Below are positions 29,928 through 41,305 of a stretch of DNA of 64,000 nt, piece by piece. Within the stretch, counting starts at the first letter, position 1, and each line of letters begins with the position of its first letter. The DNA lies in the NCBI GenBank assembly GCA_965214405.1, contig OZ243956.1:2080001-2144000 (forward strand). The letters are read 5' to 3'. A model generated the notes under the pieces. The model saw only the letters and a list, made by a program, of their open reading frames with translations. It did not search any database and was not told where the DNA came from. The position numbers and the translations under genes were made by a program. Source of the DNA: Trueperaceae bacterium. Its GTDB lineage: Bacteria; Deinococcota; Deinococci; Deinococcales; Trueperaceae.

Positions 29928-31733
29928 CTACTCACCCACCAATCCCTCTAAGCGCTCCACCAACCCAGCCAGCACCTCAAACGTCGCCTCGACAGGCGCA
30001 GAACTCGAGAGGTCCACCCCCGCCACTTTAAGCGCGTCCAGCGGGTACAACGAACCCCCGGCTTTAAGAAACGTCAAGTAATTTCCCGCCGCGTCCGCTT
30101 TTCCGTCCAAAATCCCCTGCGCCAGCGCGTGCGCGCCCGAAATCCCGGTGGCGTACTGGAACACATAAAAGCGGCTGTAAAGGTGCGTGTGAAACTGCGC
30201 CCAGGTGATACCGACGCGCGCGCGGTCCATCGTCACTTCGTCACCATAGCCCTCGGCAAAAAGGTCGGCCATGAGGGTGTTGAGGCCGTCGGCGCTTAGA
30301 GCTTCACCCCTTGCCACCCGCTCGTGAATCTCCAGCTCAAAACGCGCAAGCGTCGGCATCACGAAGAAGTAGCGGTAAAAATTCGCCATCGCCTCTTCGA
30401 TGAGCGCAATCTGAAAGTCTCGGTCAGAGTTTTTATCAAAGAGGTAAGCGCGGAGCATCGCCTGGTTGAAGTTCGAGGCGACCTCGGCGACGAAGAGGCT
30501 GTAGGAGCTGTAGATGGGCGGCTGCGTCCTCCAGCTTAGGTACGAGTGCAGCGAGTGGCCGAACTCGTGGGCCAGCGTGCTCATGCCCGCGACGTCGTCA
30601 GTATAGCTCATCATGATGAAGGGGTGGGTGCCTTGAACGCCGCTCGAGAACGCCCCCATCCGCTTGCCCCGATTTAGCGCGCGGTCCACCCAGCGCTCCT
30701 CGAGCGCTCCCCGCCGCAACGCTTCGGTGTACTCATCCCCGAGAGGCGCTAACGCTTCGGTAAGCCAATCGACCGATTGTTCATAAGGAATCTCGGGAGA
30801 ATTTTTCGTGAGGGGCGCGAAGGTATCAAACGGGTGGAGCGTATCGACGCCCAGCATCTTCCGCCGCGCGCGCCAGTAGCGGTGCCAGGTGGGCAGGTTG
30901 GCCTTGAAGGTGTCCAGCAGGGTGTAGAACACGGACGTCGGGATGTTTTCGGGTGAGAGCGAGGCTTCTAAAACTGAGTCGTAGGCGCGGGCCTGGGCCA
31001 CCAGCGTATTCTGCTTCACGCCTGCGGAGAGAGAAGTCGCCATCGTGTTCTTGAAGGTTAAATGCGCGTCGGCATAGTTTTCATAGGCGCTCTTGCGAAG
31101 CGCGCGGTCGGGGGAGCCGAGAAGCTTGCGGATGTTGCCCTGGGTGATTTCGACCGTTTCACCGTCCGCGCCCTCGGCGGGCGTAAAGGGGAGGTCGGTG
31201 TTGGCGAGCACGCCGTGGACCGAGGCGGCGGTGCCGAAGGGGTCGGCGAGCGCGCCCAAAAGTTCTTCGACCTCGGCGGAGCGCAGGTGGGGGGCCTTAT
31301 GCTCGAGCCTCTCCAAATAATGCCCGTACACCGTGAGCCTCGAGTCCCGTACGAGCCAACTCCGCAGGGTGTCAAAGCCGATAGCGACGAGTTCGGGTTC
31401 GGCAAAGGCGGTGGCGGCACCCAGCCGCGCGCCTAAGCCGCGGACCCGGTCATAGCGCGCGGCGGCCTCCTCATCGTTCGTGTCTACGCTGTAGGCCATG
31501 CCCGCGTAGACAGCGAGTTTGTAGTACACCCTGTAAAGGGCGCTGCGGAACTCGAGCCAGTCCGCCAGCCTCTCAGAGCCTTGGGAGAGCGTGCCTTTAT
31601 ATGACTGGACCCCCTCGAGCCGCCCTCCCATCGCCTCAAAGGCTTCGTCCCAGGCGGCGGGGGTGGGGAAGACGCTCGAGTCGTTCCAGCGTTCTTCCGC
31701 CGGTACATCTTTACGGTCTAAAACGCCCGCCAT
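29928..31733 (-). CDS. pepF: Oligoendopeptidase F (M3B)
   Basis: [18 protein letters not shown] and FYVFQYATG motifs. Confidence 0.92.
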   Translation of the reverse strand: MAGVLDRKDVPAEERWNDSSVFPTPAAWDEAFEAMGGRLEGVQSYKGTLSQGSERLADWLEFRSALYRVYYKLAVYAGMAYSVDTNDEEAAARYDRVRGLGARLGAATAFAEPELVAIGFDTLRSWLVRDSRLTVYGHYLERLEHKAPHLRSAEVEELLGALADPFGTAASVHGVLANTDLPFTPAEGADGETVEITQGNIRKLLGSPDRALRKSAYENYADAHLTFKNTMATSLSAGVKQNTLVAQARAYDSVLEASLSPENIPTSVFYTLLDTFKANLPTWHRYWRARRKMLGVDTLHPFDTFAPLTKNSPEIPYEQSVDWLTEALAPLGDEYTEALRRGALEERWVDRALNRGKRMGAFSSGVQGTHPFIMMSYTDDVAGMSTLAHEFGHSLHSYLSWRTQPPIYSSYSLFVAEVASNFNQAMLRAYLFDKNSDRDFQIALIEEAMANFYRYFFVMPTLARFELEIHERVARGEALSADGLNTLMADLFAEGYGDEVTMDRARVGITWAQFHTHLYSRFYVFQYATGISGAHALAQGILDGKADAAGNYLTFLKAGGSLYPLDALKVAGVDLSSSAPVEATFEVLAGLVERLEGLVGE

Positions 31734-33784
31734 CAGTCCGCCGCCGAGTTTGCCGCCAAGGGCGCAGGCTCCGCGCCCAGGTTGCGCCTTAACAGCGCGT
31801 TCATATCGGGGTCGCGGCCCATAAACTCGCGGTAGAGCGCGTCGGGGTCTTCGGCGTCGCCGCGCGAGAGGATGGCGTCTACGTAGTCGCGGCCCGTCTC
31901 GCGGTTAAAGATGCCCTCGCGCTGAAAGCGCGTGAACGCGTCCGCGTCCAAAACTTCGGACCACTTATAGGAGTAGTAGCCCGCCGCGTAGCCGCCCGCG
32001 AAGATGTGGGAAAAGGCGTTGATAAAGCCGTTGTGCGCGAACTCGGGGCGAATCGAAAAGGGCTCCATCGTGCGTTGGGCGTAGCTCACCACGTCGCCGT
32101 CCTCGCCTGGCTGATAGTTGATGTGAAGCTCCAAATCCACCGTCCCGAACGAAAGCTGGCGCATCTGCGCGTTCGCGGCCATAAAGGTGCGCGCGGCGAG
32201 CATCTTTTGAAAAAGCTCCTCCGGAAGCCTCTCGCCCGTCTCGAAGTGGCGGGCGAAGAGGTCAAGCGCCTCACGCTCCCAGCACCAGTTCTCCATGATT
32301 TGCGAGGGTAATTCGACCCAGTCGCGGGGCACGTTGGTCCCGGCCCTCTCGGGCACCTCGACGCGCGATAAGAGGTGGTGGAGGAGGTGGCCGAACTCGT
32401 GAAAGGTCGTCTCGACCTCGCGGTGGGTGAGGAGCGCGGGCTTACCCTCCTGCGGCGGCGTGAAGTTGCCGACCATCAATCCTAAGTGGGGCGCAAAACT
32501 CTCCCCACGCGGGCCGCCCGTAATAAAGTGGTTCATCCAGGCCCCGCCGCGCTTCGACTCGCGCGGGAACCAGTCGGCGTAAAACGAGCCCAAATGCGTG
32601 CCGTCCTCGCCGTGAAGGTCGTAAAAGGTCACCTCGGGGTGCCACAATTCTTTGATGTCGCGCTCGCTGACGGTCACGCCGAAAAGCCGGTGGGCGATGT
32701 TAAAAAGTCCCGAGAGCACCCGGTCGAGGGGGAAGTAGGGGCGCAGTTCCTCTTCATCCAAGTCGAACCTAGCCTTGCGCAACTTTTCGGTCACGTAGGC
32801 GACGTCCCAGGGCTCGAGCCCTTCCAGCCCCAGCTCATCCCTCACAAACGCGGTCAGTGCTTCTATTTCCTCTTGCCAATACGGCTCCGTACGCTCCGCC
32901 AACCCCTGCACAAACGCGAGCGCCGCCGCGCCCGTTTTGACCATGTTTTCTTCCAGGCGGTAGTCGGCGAAATCTTGATAACCCAGCAGATCGGCCAGCT
33001 CCCGCCGTAAATCCAAAATCCTGACAATCAGAGGCTGGTTGTCGAACTCGCCACCAGAGGCGCGACTCACGTACGCCTTGTACATCTTCTCGCGCAGGTC
33101 TCGAGCGTCGGCGTATTTCATGAAGGGCACATAGGAGGGAGCTTGCAGCGTAAAGCGGTAGCCCTCTTTGTCCTTGGATTTGGCGTTCTCTCTCGCCCCC
33201 GCCTTGGCGGACTCGGGCAGGCCCGACAGCTCCGCCTCGTGGGTGATGAGGAGTTCAAAGGCGTTGGTCGCGTCTAACACGTGGTTAGAAAACTCGTTCT
33301 GGAGCTCCGACAACTCGACGCTCAGCGCCTCGGCCTTGGCCTTTTGGTCGGGCGGCAGGTCGGCCCCGGCGCGGACAAAAGCGCGCATGGTTTTTTCTAA
33401 ATGGCGCTTCTTCACGCCCGCGAGCGCGTGCGCCTCGTCGGTTTCTGAAAACTCCTTGACCGCCCGCCACAGGCCATCATTCAAAGGCAGCTTGGCGTAA
33501 AAGGCGGAAAACTCAGGCAGAACCGCGTTAAATGCCTCGCGCAACTCGGGCGAGTTCATGACCGACATGAGGTGGTAGCCGAGGCCGACGGCGCGGTCTA
33601 GGCGCTCCTCGAGCCTCGAGAGCGCCCCCAACGTGTTGTCATAGGTGCGCGCGCCCGTCTCTTTGATGATGGCGTCAAGCTCGGTTTGCGCGTTCGTGAG
33701 CGCCTCACGAACGCCCGGTTCGACGTGTTCAGCCCGGATGTCGTCAAAGGGAATCAGGAATTCTTGGGATAAAAGTGGGTTCAT
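31733..33784 (-). CDS. M3A oligopeptidase A / Dcp-like metallopeptidase
   Basis: KRGGAWM, FHEFGH, VELPSQ and [15 protein letters not shown] motifs. Confidence 0.92.
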   Translation of the reverse strand: MNPLLSQEFLIPFDDIRAEHVEPGVREALTNAQTELDAIIKETGARTYDNTLGALSRLEERLDRAVGLGYHLMSVMNSPELREAFNAVLPEFSAFYAKLPLNDGLWRAVKEFSETDEAHALAGVKKRHLEKTMRAFVRAGADLPPDQKAKAEALSVELSELQNEFSNHVLDATNAFELLITHEAELSGLPESAKAGARENAKSKDKEGYRFTLQAPSYVPFMKYADARDLREKMYKAYVSRASGGEFDNQPLIVRILDLRRELADLLGYQDFADYRLEENMVKTGAAALAFVQGLAERTEPYWQEEIEALTAFVRDELGLEGLEPWDVAYVTEKLRKARFDLDEEELRPYFPLDRVLSGLFNIAHRLFGVTVSERDIKELWHPEVTFYDLHGEDGTHLGSFYADWFPRESKRGGAWMNHFITGGPRGESFAPHLGLMVGNFTPPQEGKPALLTHREVETTFHEFGHLLHHLLSRVEVPERAGTNVPRDWVELPSQIMENWCWEREALDLFARHFETGERLPEELFQKMLAARTFMAANAQMRQLSFGTVDLELHINYQPGEDGDVVSYAQRTMEPFSIRPEFAHNGFINAFSHIFAGGYAAGYYSYKWSEVLDADAFTRFQREGIFNRETGRDYVDAILSRGDAEDPDALYREFMGRDPDMNALLRRNLGAEPAPLAANSAAD

Positions 33785-34090
33785 GGGGGTCCTTTCAACC
33801 CTTACACCTTACTAAACGCGCCGCGACAAGAACAGCCCGCAGCCTACGCTAAAAGGTCCCTTGAGACGGCTTTCTGTTCCTTTGAATGTCGTCCCACTCT
33901 GGTTCAGCCTCTCGACCCACGCCTCCTCCTTTCGTCGGTGGTTGAGCGTTGAGAGGTGTAGTTATAGTTAAGGCGTAATCTTCGAGACGACAACCGCCAC
34001 GTAGAGAGAATTCGGTGGCGCAAATTCAGGGTCACCGTTCCGACCTCTCTAGCGGCTCGGTTTGGGTAAGCAGCACGGAAAGGATTAGCG

Positions 34091-34843
34091 ATGAAAAAAC
34101 TTCTCATGTTCAGCCTCTGCCTCACGTTGCTGGTCGCTTGCGACTTCCGTACGGAGGCGGACGTCACCGTAAACACGGGGGCAACCGCCTCGGCAGACGG
34201 TCTCATCACCGAAGAACGCGAGGTGAGCGGCTTTAACCGCGTGCGCTTGGAAACCCTGGGCGAGTTGAACATCACGCAGGGCAACGAGGCGCGGGTGGTG
34301 CTCGAGTTCTCCCCCAAATACGAAGGGGCCATCACCACCGAAGTGCGGGGCGACACGCTTGTGATCGCCGACAACAGAACCACGATGACGCAAATCAACC
34401 GTGACGTGCTTCGCTACACCGTGACGCTGCCAGGGCTTGAAGAAGTCGCGCTTAACGGGTCGGGCGACGTGAACGTGGGGGCCTTTGGCGCAGACGCGCT
34501 CACCTTTGACCTGAGCGGCTCGGGCGACGTGACGGCTGAGGGGTTGGACGTTGGGCGGCTCGAGCTTTATCTAAGCGGCTCGGGCAATATAAGCACCACG
34601 GGCCGCGCGGACGCGCTGACGGTCGGTGTGGCGGGCTCCGGTAAGGTAGACGCGCGGGGGCTCCGCGCCGACACGGGGAACGTTACTTTGGCGGGCTCGG
34701 GCGACGTGAGCGTCTGCGCGGCGGAAGGGCTCGAGGTGAGCCTCGCGGGTAGCGGCAACGTGACCTACTACGGCGAACCGGCAAATCCCGACACTCGCGT
34801 GTCAGGTTCGGGAAATGTGAGGGCGGGCGGCGCGTGTCCGTAA
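34091..34843 (+). CDS. Lipoprotein with GIN/DUF2807 (Toastrack-like) repeats
   Basis: Lipobox LLVAC; repeated GSGD/GSGN units. Confidence 0.85.
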   Translation: MKKLLMFSLCLTLLVACDFRTEADVTVNTGATASADGLITEEREVSGFNRVRLETLGELNITQGNEARVVLEFSPKYEGAITTEVRGDTLVIADNRTTMTQINRDVLRYTVTLPGLEEVALNGSGDVNVGAFGADALTFDLSGSGDVTAEGLDVGRLELYLSGSGNISTTGRADALTVGVAGSGKVDARGLRADTGNVTLAGSGDVSVCAAEGLEVSLAGSGNVTYYGEPANPDTRVSGSGNVRAGGACP

Positions 34844-34974
34844 AATATAACTTCCTGAACTCGAGGCCCGCCAACGCTCTGTAAATACTCGTGAGGTAAA
34901 GTGAGGGCGAGATTTTAGAGGCGAACACCGATTTCTGGGGCGGCGTTGCGCCTCTACCGGACGCGCTGCCCCCC

Positions 34975-35748
34975 ATGCCGGAGTTTGAACGGGCGCTTGC
35001 GTCGTCGCTAACGTTCTGGCGGGAGCAGGGTCTCAAAGTGGCGTGGCTCAAACTGCCTTTAGAGCAAGCCTCCCTCATCCCCGTCGCCGTAGCCGCCGGA
35101 TTCCGCTTTCACCACAGCCAGGAGTATTTGATGCTCACGCTGCCGCTACAAGAGGGCGCGTTTGTTCCTCCCTATGCAGATCACTACATCGGCGCGGGCG
35201 GCGCAGTGCTGAATGAGCGGCGCGAGTTGTTGGTTGTGTTGGAGCAGTACCACGCAAAAACCCGCCCACAGGCTTACAAACTTCCGGGCGGGCTGCTCGA
35301 GCCCGGTGAGGCCATGACCGAGGGCGTCATGCGCGAAGTTTATGAGGAGACGAGCGTCCGCACCCGCTTCCAATCGCTGGCGTGTTTCGGTCACATGCAC
35401 AGCTACCACTTCGGCAAATCCACGCTCTACTTCGTCTGCCGTTTGGAGCCGCTTACAGAAGAAATCACCGTAGACGAGACCGAGATTGCCGAGGCCCTGT
35501 GGATGCCGGTAGAAACGTTTTTAGAAAGCGAGCACATCAACGAATTTGAGAAGCGCATTGTGCAGGCGGTTGTGGGAGGCGGAGGGATGACGGTCTCTTT
35601 CTTAGAGGGTGACGGAACTGTTCCCGCCATTCTTAAACGACCACCACCAAAGGTGGTGGAATTGAGAAGTGACTCTAAAAGAGGAAGTCCTGGCGGCTCC
35701 TTTCCTCTTGCTTCTCCTGCTCTTCTTGATACTTTACGTAGCGCCTGA
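34975..35748 (+). CDS. Nudix hydrolase with pre-Nudix N-terminal domain; 3' end probably altered by IS200
   Basis: Nudix box GGLLEPGE..REVYEET; AWLKLP..GFRFHH N-domain; last ~35 codons run through the IS end. Confidence 0.75.
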   Translation: MPEFERALASSLTFWREQGLKVAWLKLPLEQASLIPVAVAAGFRFHHSQEYLMLTLPLQEGAFVPPYADHYIGAGGAVLNERRELLVVLEQYHAKTRPQAYKLPGGLLEPGEAMTEGVMREVYEETSVRTRFQSLACFGHMHSYHFGKSTLYFVCRLEPLTEEITVDETEIAEALWMPVETFLESEHINEFEKRIVQAVVGGGGMTVSFLEGDGTVPAILKRPPPKVVELRSDSKRGSPGGSFPLASPALLDTLRSA

Positions 35749-36178
35749 TGAGGTCTTCGTTCATCCCTACCGTGTTCACGAAGTAGCCGCGTGACCAGAA
35801 GTGGTTGCCCCAATAAGGCTTTTGCTTTAGCGCCGGGTAACTCTTGAACAGCTTTATCGCCAGCTTCCCTTTCAGAAACCCCATCAGTGACGAGATAGAC
35901 AGCTTGGGCGGGACAGAACACACCAGATGTACGTGGTCTGCCTGTACGCTCAGCTCTAGCACCTCCACCTCTTTCCACTCGCATAGTGTCCTGATGTCCT
36001 TCTCGACCATGTCCTTGACCGCTCCCGTCAGCACTCGGTAACGGTACTTCGGTGCCCACACGATGTGGTAGTCGCATTGGTAAACAACGTGCGTTAGCTT
36101 GCGGTACTTCGGCACACAGTAGAATACGGCACAGCCGAACAGACATCACCACCGTCATAGACGGTGGGTTCCCACGAG
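35633..36178 (-). mobile_element. IS200-type element (tnpA only); boundaries approximate
   Basis: Subterminal hairpins CCACCACC-aaa-GGTGGTGG (35641-35659) and CCACCGTC-ata-GACGGTGG (36149-36167) flank tnpA. Confidence 0.8.
35675..36115 (-). CDS. tnpA: IS200/IS605 HUH (Y1) transposase
   Basis: YHIVWAPKYR, DHVH (HUH), KGK, WSRGYF, YVKYQ. Confidence 0.93.
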   Translation of the reverse strand: MPKYRKLTHVVYQCDYHIVWAPKYRYRVLTGAVKDMVEKDIRTLCEWKEVEVLELSVQADHVHLVCSVPPKLSISSLMGFLKGKLAIKLFKSYPALKQKPYWGNHFWSRGYFVNTVGMNEDLIRRYVKYQEEQEKQEERSRQDFLF

Positions 36179-36278
36179 GGACTGAACTTTTCACGCCTTT
36201 TGAGGTTAAGTGAGGGGCTCGAGCCTTGAAAAGGTAGGACGTCAAAAAGTGTAGGATAAGGGTTTACAGGAGGTAAAG

Positions 36279-36914
36279 ATGCCCGAACCCACCACGCTCG
36301 CTCTATTCGCCCTCGCCTCGTTCGTGCTTATCATCGTGCCGGGACCCGCGGTGCTCTACGTTGTCGCGCGGAGTTTGGAGCAGGGCCGCGTCGCAGGGCT
36401 CGCGTCGGTGCTCGGTGTGGGTGTGGGCGCGCTTGCTCACTTTATCGGCGCGGCCTTGGGCCTTTCGGCGCTTCTGGCAACCTCCGCGGTGGCCTTTTCG
36501 GCGGTTAAGTTTCTCGGGGCCGGTTACCTCATTTATCTGGGACTGCGCACCCTCTTTTCAAACTCGGCGGCGCACGGACCAAAGACGCTGCCGCGGCTTC
36601 CGCTTCACAAGATTTTTGGGCAGGGCGTCGTGGTCAACGTGCTCAACCCCAAAACCGCACTCTTCGCGCTCGCTTTTTTGCCGCAGTTTTTAGACCCCAC
36701 ACGCGGCGCGGTCGCGTTTCAGGCGCTCATCCTGGGCGTCATTTTCGTGGCTATCGCGTTCGTGAGCGACGGCCTTTATGCGCTACTTGCGGGCAGTCTC
36801 GGGGTGTGGTTGAGGCAGCGCCCCAGCTTTGTAAATGCGCAGCGTTATGTGTCGGGAACCATTTATCTAGCATTGGGCGTGGCGACGGCGTTTACGGGCT
36901 CGAGCAGAAAGTAA
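36279..36914 (+). CDS. LysE/RhtB family translocator
   Basis: PGP, GAGYLIYLG and LNPK motifs. Confidence 0.92.
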   Translation: MPEPTTLALFALASFVLIIVPGPAVLYVVARSLEQGRVAGLASVLGVGVGALAHFIGAALGLSALLATSAVAFSAVKFLGAGYLIYLGLRTLFSNSAAHGPKTLPRLPLHKIFGQGVVVNVLNPKTALFALAFLPQFLDPTRGAVAFQALILGVIFVAIAFVSDGLYALLAGSLGVWLRQRPSFVNAQRYVSGTIYLALGVATAFTGSSRK

Positions 36915-36977
36915 GGTTTCTAAGAAATTCTTTGAGCCCCAGCCAACCTTTCTAATCACCCGCGCTATAGTTGTGAC

Positions 36978-37202
36978 ATGGAAGAGCGCATCGCTGTTGA
37001 CCCAGCCATCTGCAACGGACGCCCGACGATTCAGGGAACGCGCATTACGGTGCAGACCATCCTCGAGTTTTTAGGGGCAGGCGACTCCATTGATGATATC
37101 CTCAGTGAATACCCAAGCCTCACGCGCGAGGATATCCTGGCAAGCCTGCGCTATTCTTCCCGCTTGATGGCAAACCATTTCACGCTGGAAAGGGTGGCGT
37201 GA
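36978..37202 (+). CDS. DUF433-family antitoxin
   Basis: DP.ICNGRP.I.GTRI.V and YP.LT.EDI motifs. Confidence 0.9.
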   Translation: MEERIAVDPAICNGRPTIQGTRITVQTILEFLGAGDSIDDILSEYPSLTREDILASLRYSSRLMANHFTLERVA

Positions 37203-37540
37203 CGGGTTTTTTATTTGACGAGAATCTGCCCCACAAGCTTCACTTTACACCTTCACTCCCCGTCACCCACGCTCGAGCCTTGGGGAAAAACCCCAGCGAC
37301 ACCGACCTGTGGCGCTACGCAAAAATAAAAGACCTCATTATCGTCACCAAAGATGCAGATTTTTCGGTTCGTATTCTGATGACAGAGCCACCGCCGAAAA
37401 TCGTACATCTGCGTTTTGGCAACTTGCGCTTAGCAGCGTTTCATACGCACTTGGCTCACGTTTGGCCGCGTGTCGAGACACTTCTGGAAACTAACAAACT
37501 TGTGAGCGTTTATTTAGACCGCTTGGAGGCAGTGGCTTGA
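37199..37540 (+). CDS. DUF5615 PIN-like toxin
   Basis: FLFDENLP, SD..LW.YA, TKDADF, PPK..LRFGN; GTGA overlap with the DUF433 gene. Confidence 0.88.
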   Translation: MTGFLFDENLPHKLHFTPSLPVTHARALGKNPSDTDLWRYAKIKDLIIVTKDADFSVRILMTEPPPKIVHLRFGNLRLAAFHTHLAHVWPRVETLLETNKLVSVYLDRLEAVA

Positions 37541-37725
37541 GGGCTCGAGCCCTGAGCTGGGTGAGGAAGCTCGAGGAACAAGAGCTTTAGGTCCCTTCTC
37601 GAGCCGTCCTTTAGGCATCTCGGGCAGCCAACACTCGAGTCACTCCTTTGCAGTAGCATCACCTTTACTGCTTTGCCGCATCATCAGTGCATCACCTGTG
37701 CTACACTGATGCTCAGGAGGAAGCT

Positions 37726-37959
37726 ATGCCTAACACCAACGGTCAACCCAAAGACACCATCCGCCTCACCCTGAGCCTCTCACCGGAGATGTACGAGAAG
37801 CTCGAGCAGCTAGCCAACGACGCCCGCACCAGCAAAAGCGAGGTGATGCGGCGCAGCCTGGGAATCTACGACATCGCGGTAGAGGGCAAGGGAGAAGGTT
37901 ATCACTTGGGTCTCGCCAAAGACCGCTCGAGGTTAGAGCGCGAAATCGTCAACTACTAG
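37726..37959 (+). CDS. CopG-like ribbon-helix-helix protein
   Basis: IRLTLSLS..MYEKLEQLA...SKSEVMRRSL; AGGAGG RBS. Confidence 0.8.
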   Translation: MPNTNGQPKDTIRLTLSLSPEMYEKLEQLANDARTSKSEVMRRSLGIYDIAVEGKGEGYHLGLAKDRSRLEREIVNY

Positions 37960-37960
37960 C

Positions 37961-38266
37961 GTGCCCCAAAACCTCGACGCGGGCAGCCGCTTAAAGGGCA
38001 CCTTCGAGCTGGTTCCGCCCGAGAGCGAGGTCGAGACCTCGGCGCGGCTCGAAGACGACGCCGAGCGACGCCGCCACGCGCTGTGGCGTGAACGCGTCAC
38101 CTTTATGGGTGCCCTCTTTACCCTGGCGCTGCTTTTGGTCTTCAGCCTCATCAGTATCAGCCTGCCGAGCGCCACGCCCGAAGCGCGTGAGTTGGCTTCG
38201 CAGGTCCTACCCGCGCTGTTCACAGGCCTCTTGGGCTATTTCGTGGGTCGCCGGGGGACGAATTGA
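37961..38266 (+). CDS. Small two-TM hypothetical protein
   Basis: 1 nt after the RHH stop; two hydrophobic helices; C-terminal GYFVGRR. Confidence 0.65.
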   Translation: MPQNLDAGSRLKGTFELVPPESEVETSARLEDDAERRRHALWRERVTFMGALFTLALLLVFSLISISLPSATPEARELASQVLPALFTGLLGYFVGRRGTN

Positions 38267-38539
38267 GGAGACCCCTTGTCCGAAGCGCAGGGGAATGTCT
38301 CGAGAAATTCCGCTAAGGATGAGTGACGGCTAGCAGGGCAAAACGAAAACGTAAAAAAGACGTTGCACAACGTCGTCTGCAAAGGATGGCTAATCCAGAA
38401 CACCCTAGAATTTTGTTGGAACTTTATCAGTATTTGAACCCACAGCCGAATACGTATCCTGAAAGCCTAACCACAAGTTTTATCGGCAACTGGGTGAAAC
38501 ATCGTACGCTTCTTACCAGGAGCTTTTCAGTGAAGTTGA

Positions 38540-38761
38540 GCAGCAGGCGGGGTCTACGCTCAACCCAAAGACAACTTCAAGCATCCCCGTCTCTGGTCGC
38601 CCGCCTTTGCTTGGGTACGCAAAACCGTCGAGACCGTCTACTCCTCTTTAGTTCGCTCCCGTAACCTGGCGCTGGTTCAGCTCAACTCCTTCCGCTCCGT
38701 CAGAACCGCCATCTGCCGCAAAGTAGCCGCTCACAACCTCACCTGGTTCTCTCTTCGCTAA
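38540..38761 (+). pseudogene. Transposase C-terminal remnant, IS982-like
   Basis: Start-less frame reads PKDN..RKTVETVYSSL..AAHNL, resembling IS982 C-termini; lower GC; stop at 38537. Confidence 0.6.
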
Positions 38762-38839
38762 CATCTCCTGGCCGTCGAGGTTTTTTAAGAGCGAACCACA
38801 TAGTTCGCCCTCAAAACATCTTCAACCTTCAACTTTGAC

Positions 38840-40783
38840 CTACTTCTGCCCCAACAACTTCTCCACCACGCTTTTATCTTCCAACGTACTAGTATCCCCC
38901 GCCGCTTCCTCCCCCGCCGCGATGTTTCGCAGCAAACGGCGCATGATTTTGCCGCTCCGGGTCTTGGGCAGGGCGTCGGCAAAGCGGATTTCGTCGGGCT
39001 TGGCGATCGCGCCGATTTCCTTGGCGACGTGGTCGCGGAGTTCTTTGCGGAGGTCGTCGGAGCCTTGACGGGTGCCCTCGAGCGTCACAAACGCCACAAT
39101 CCCCTGACCCTTGACTTCGTCGGGCCGCCCCACCACCGCGGCCTCCGCGACGGTGGGGTGCGAGACGAGCGCCGACTCGACCTCCATCGTGCCCAAACGG
39201 TGGCCCGAGACGTTCACCACGTCGTCCACGCGTCCCATAATCCAGAAGTAGCCGTCCTCGTCGCGGCGCGCGCCGTCGCCCGCGAAGTAGACGTGCGGGA
39301 CCTCCGACCAGTATTGCGCGCGGTAGCGGTCATCGTCGCCGTAAACCGTCCTGAGCATCGAGGGCCAGGGGCGTTTTAGGACCAAGTAGCCGCCGTCGTT
39401 CGCCGCCTGCTCGTTACCTTCCACGTCCACGATGGCGGGCTCCACGCCGAAAAAGGGCAGCCCCGCCGATCCCGGTTTGGCCGCGTGCGCGCCGGGAAGC
39501 GTGGTAATCATGATGCCGCCCGTTTCGGTCTGCCACCAGGTGTCCACCACCGGGCAGCGGTCCCCGCCGATGACGCGGCGGTACCACATCCAGGCCTCGG
39601 GGTTGATGGGCTCGCCGACGGTGCCTAGTAAGCGCAGGGAGGACAGGTTGTGCTTCTGCGGATGCTCGTCACCCTGCTTCATAAAAGCGCGAATCGCGGT
39701 GGGGGCGGTGTAGAAAACCGTCACCTTGTACTTGTTGACGAGGTCCCAGAGGCGGTCGGGGCCAGGGTAGGTGGGCGCGCCCTCGTACATCACCTGCGTC
39801 GCGCCGTTGAGCATCGGCCCGTAAACGATGTAGGAGTGCCCAGTAATCCAGCCCACGTCGGCGGTACACCAAAACACGTCGTCGTCGCGGAGGTCGAACA
39901 CGTATTTGGTCGTGAGGTAGGTGTAGACCATATAGCCGCCGGTGGTGTGCAGCACGCCCTTGGGTTTGCCCGTCGAGCCGGAGGTGTAGAGGATAAACAG
40001 GGGGTCCTCGGCGTCCATCGGCTCGGCGGGGCAGTTGTCGGAGGCGTCCGCCACCGCCTCGTGATACCAGAGGTCGCGGCCCTCTTTCATCGTTACGTCG
40101 GTGTCGGTGCGTTTGACGACGAAAACGGTTTTGACGCTCTCGCAGCTCTCGAGCGCCTCGTCCACCGCGGGCTTGAGCGGCAGAACGCTCCCGCGCCGGT
40201 TGCCGCCGTCGGCGGTGATGACGGCGACGGCCTCCGCGTCGAGGATGCGGTCACGCAGCGCCGCCGCGCTAAAGCCGCCAAAGACAACCGAATGCACCGC
40301 GCCGATGCGCGCGCAGGCGAGCATGGCGACGGCGGCTTGGGGGACCATCGGCATGTAAATCGCTATTTTGTCGCCCTTGCCGATGCCCTTGGCTTTAAGC
40401 GCGTTGGCGAATTTGGACACCTCGGTGAGGAGTTCGCGGTACGTCAGCGTGCGTGCGTCGCCTGGCTCGCCCTCCCAGAGGACGGCGGTCTTGTCGCCGT
40501 GTCCCTGCTCAATCTGATAGTCCAGCGCGTTGTAAGCGAGGTTGGTTTTGCCGCCGACGAACCATTTGACGAAGGGCTCGTTCCACTCCTGCACCCTTTG
40601 CCACGACTCAAACCAATGGAGTTCGTTGGCGACCTCGCTCCAGAACGCGTCGGGGTGCTCGAGCGACCGCTTGTAGAGCCGCTCATACTCCCCCGCGTCA
40701 CTTATCTTAGCCTGCGCCTTAAAATTTTCCGGCGGCTCAAAGGAGCGCGCCTCTTGCAAAACCGATTCGATGCGTTCGGACAT
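38840..40783 (-). CDS. acs: Acetyl-CoA synthetase
   Basis: [21 protein letters not shown] and [11 protein letters not shown] motifs. Confidence 0.96.
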   Translation of the reverse strand: MSERIESVLQEARSFEPPENFKAQAKISDAGEYERLYKRSLEHPDAFWSEVANELHWFESWQRVQEWNEPFVKWFVGGKTNLAYNALDYQIEQGHGDKTAVLWEGEPGDARTLTYRELLTEVSKFANALKAKGIGKGDKIAIYMPMVPQAAVAMLACARIGAVHSVVFGGFSAAALRDRILDAEAVAVITADGGNRRGSVLPLKPAVDEALESCESVKTVFVVKRTDTDVTMKEGRDLWYHEAVADASDNCPAEPMDAEDPLFILYTSGSTGKPKGVLHTTGGYMVYTYLTTKYVFDLRDDDVFWCTADVGWITGHSYIVYGPMLNGATQVMYEGAPTYPGPDRLWDLVNKYKVTVFYTAPTAIRAFMKQGDEHPQKHNLSSLRLLGTVGEPINPEAWMWYRRVIGGDRCPVVDTWWQTETGGIMITTLPGAHAAKPGSAGLPFFGVEPAIVDVEGNEQAANDGGYLVLKRPWPSMLRTVYGDDDRYRAQYWSEVPHVYFAGDGARRDEDGYFWIMGRVDDVVNVSGHRLGTMEVESALVSHPTVAEAAVVGRPDEVKGQGIVAFVTLEGTRQGSDDLRKELRDHVAKEIGAIAKPDEIRFADALPKTRSGKIMRRLLRNIAAGEEAAGDTSTLEDKSVVEKLLGQK

Positions 40784-40947
40784 CCTGCCTCCTCGCTAAA
40801 GCTTGTACCCTCGTTTGGCGCTAGTTTACCCCATACCCACCTCGTAAGTGCCCCTTCAAGCGGCGACCATGTAGAGCGCGCCGTGGGCAAAATGGGCAAA
40901 GGGCATTGGCGACGTGACGGGGGGAGCAGGCTCGAGTACACTCACCC

Positions 40948-41175
40948 ATGACCCGCAGACGCCGCGTCTTCATCTGGTTTGCCGCCCTATTCGCCATCTG
41001 GCTCACCGTCGCCCTTGGCTTATTCGTTGCCGACAACGTCCAAACCGAAGTGAAGCTCTCGCCCGCCGAAGCCTCCGCCGAGGCGACGCTCGGCGACCTC
41101 AGTTGCCGCAAAACGCTGAGCCGTTCGTTTCCCTTTTTTGAGCTGGCGTGCCAAGAGGTTGGAGCTGCGCCCTAG
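40948..41175 (+). CDS. Small single-TM hypothetical protein with two Cys
   Basis: TACACT 5 nt before the ATG; basic N-terminus followed by a TM helix. Confidence 0.5.
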   Translation: MTRRRRVFIWFAALFAIWLTVALGLFVADNVQTEVKLSPAEASAEATLGDLSCRKTLSRSFPFFELACQEVGAAP

Positions 41176-41305
41176 GGAGAGCTTTCCATAGGTTCTATAG
41201 GGTTCTGCAGGGTTTTACCCCCCTTACACCGTTAGTACGGATGCACCATAAAAAACACCACACCGTGCCACAATCCGGTTACGTCCTTCTTGACTACATC
41301 TACTT

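Noticed and set aside
35427..36245. 272-aa minus-strand ORF, considered as a possible tnpB
   Set aside because: No RuvC or zinc-finger motifs; it is an alternative frame across tnpA and the Nudix gene
38323..38664. 113-aa ORF
   Set aside because: Lies over a decayed transposase remnant; no recognisable product
39650..40951. 433-aa plus-strand ORF
   Set aside because: Antisense shadow of acs in GC-rich DNA; the same applies to most short overlapping ORFs in the track
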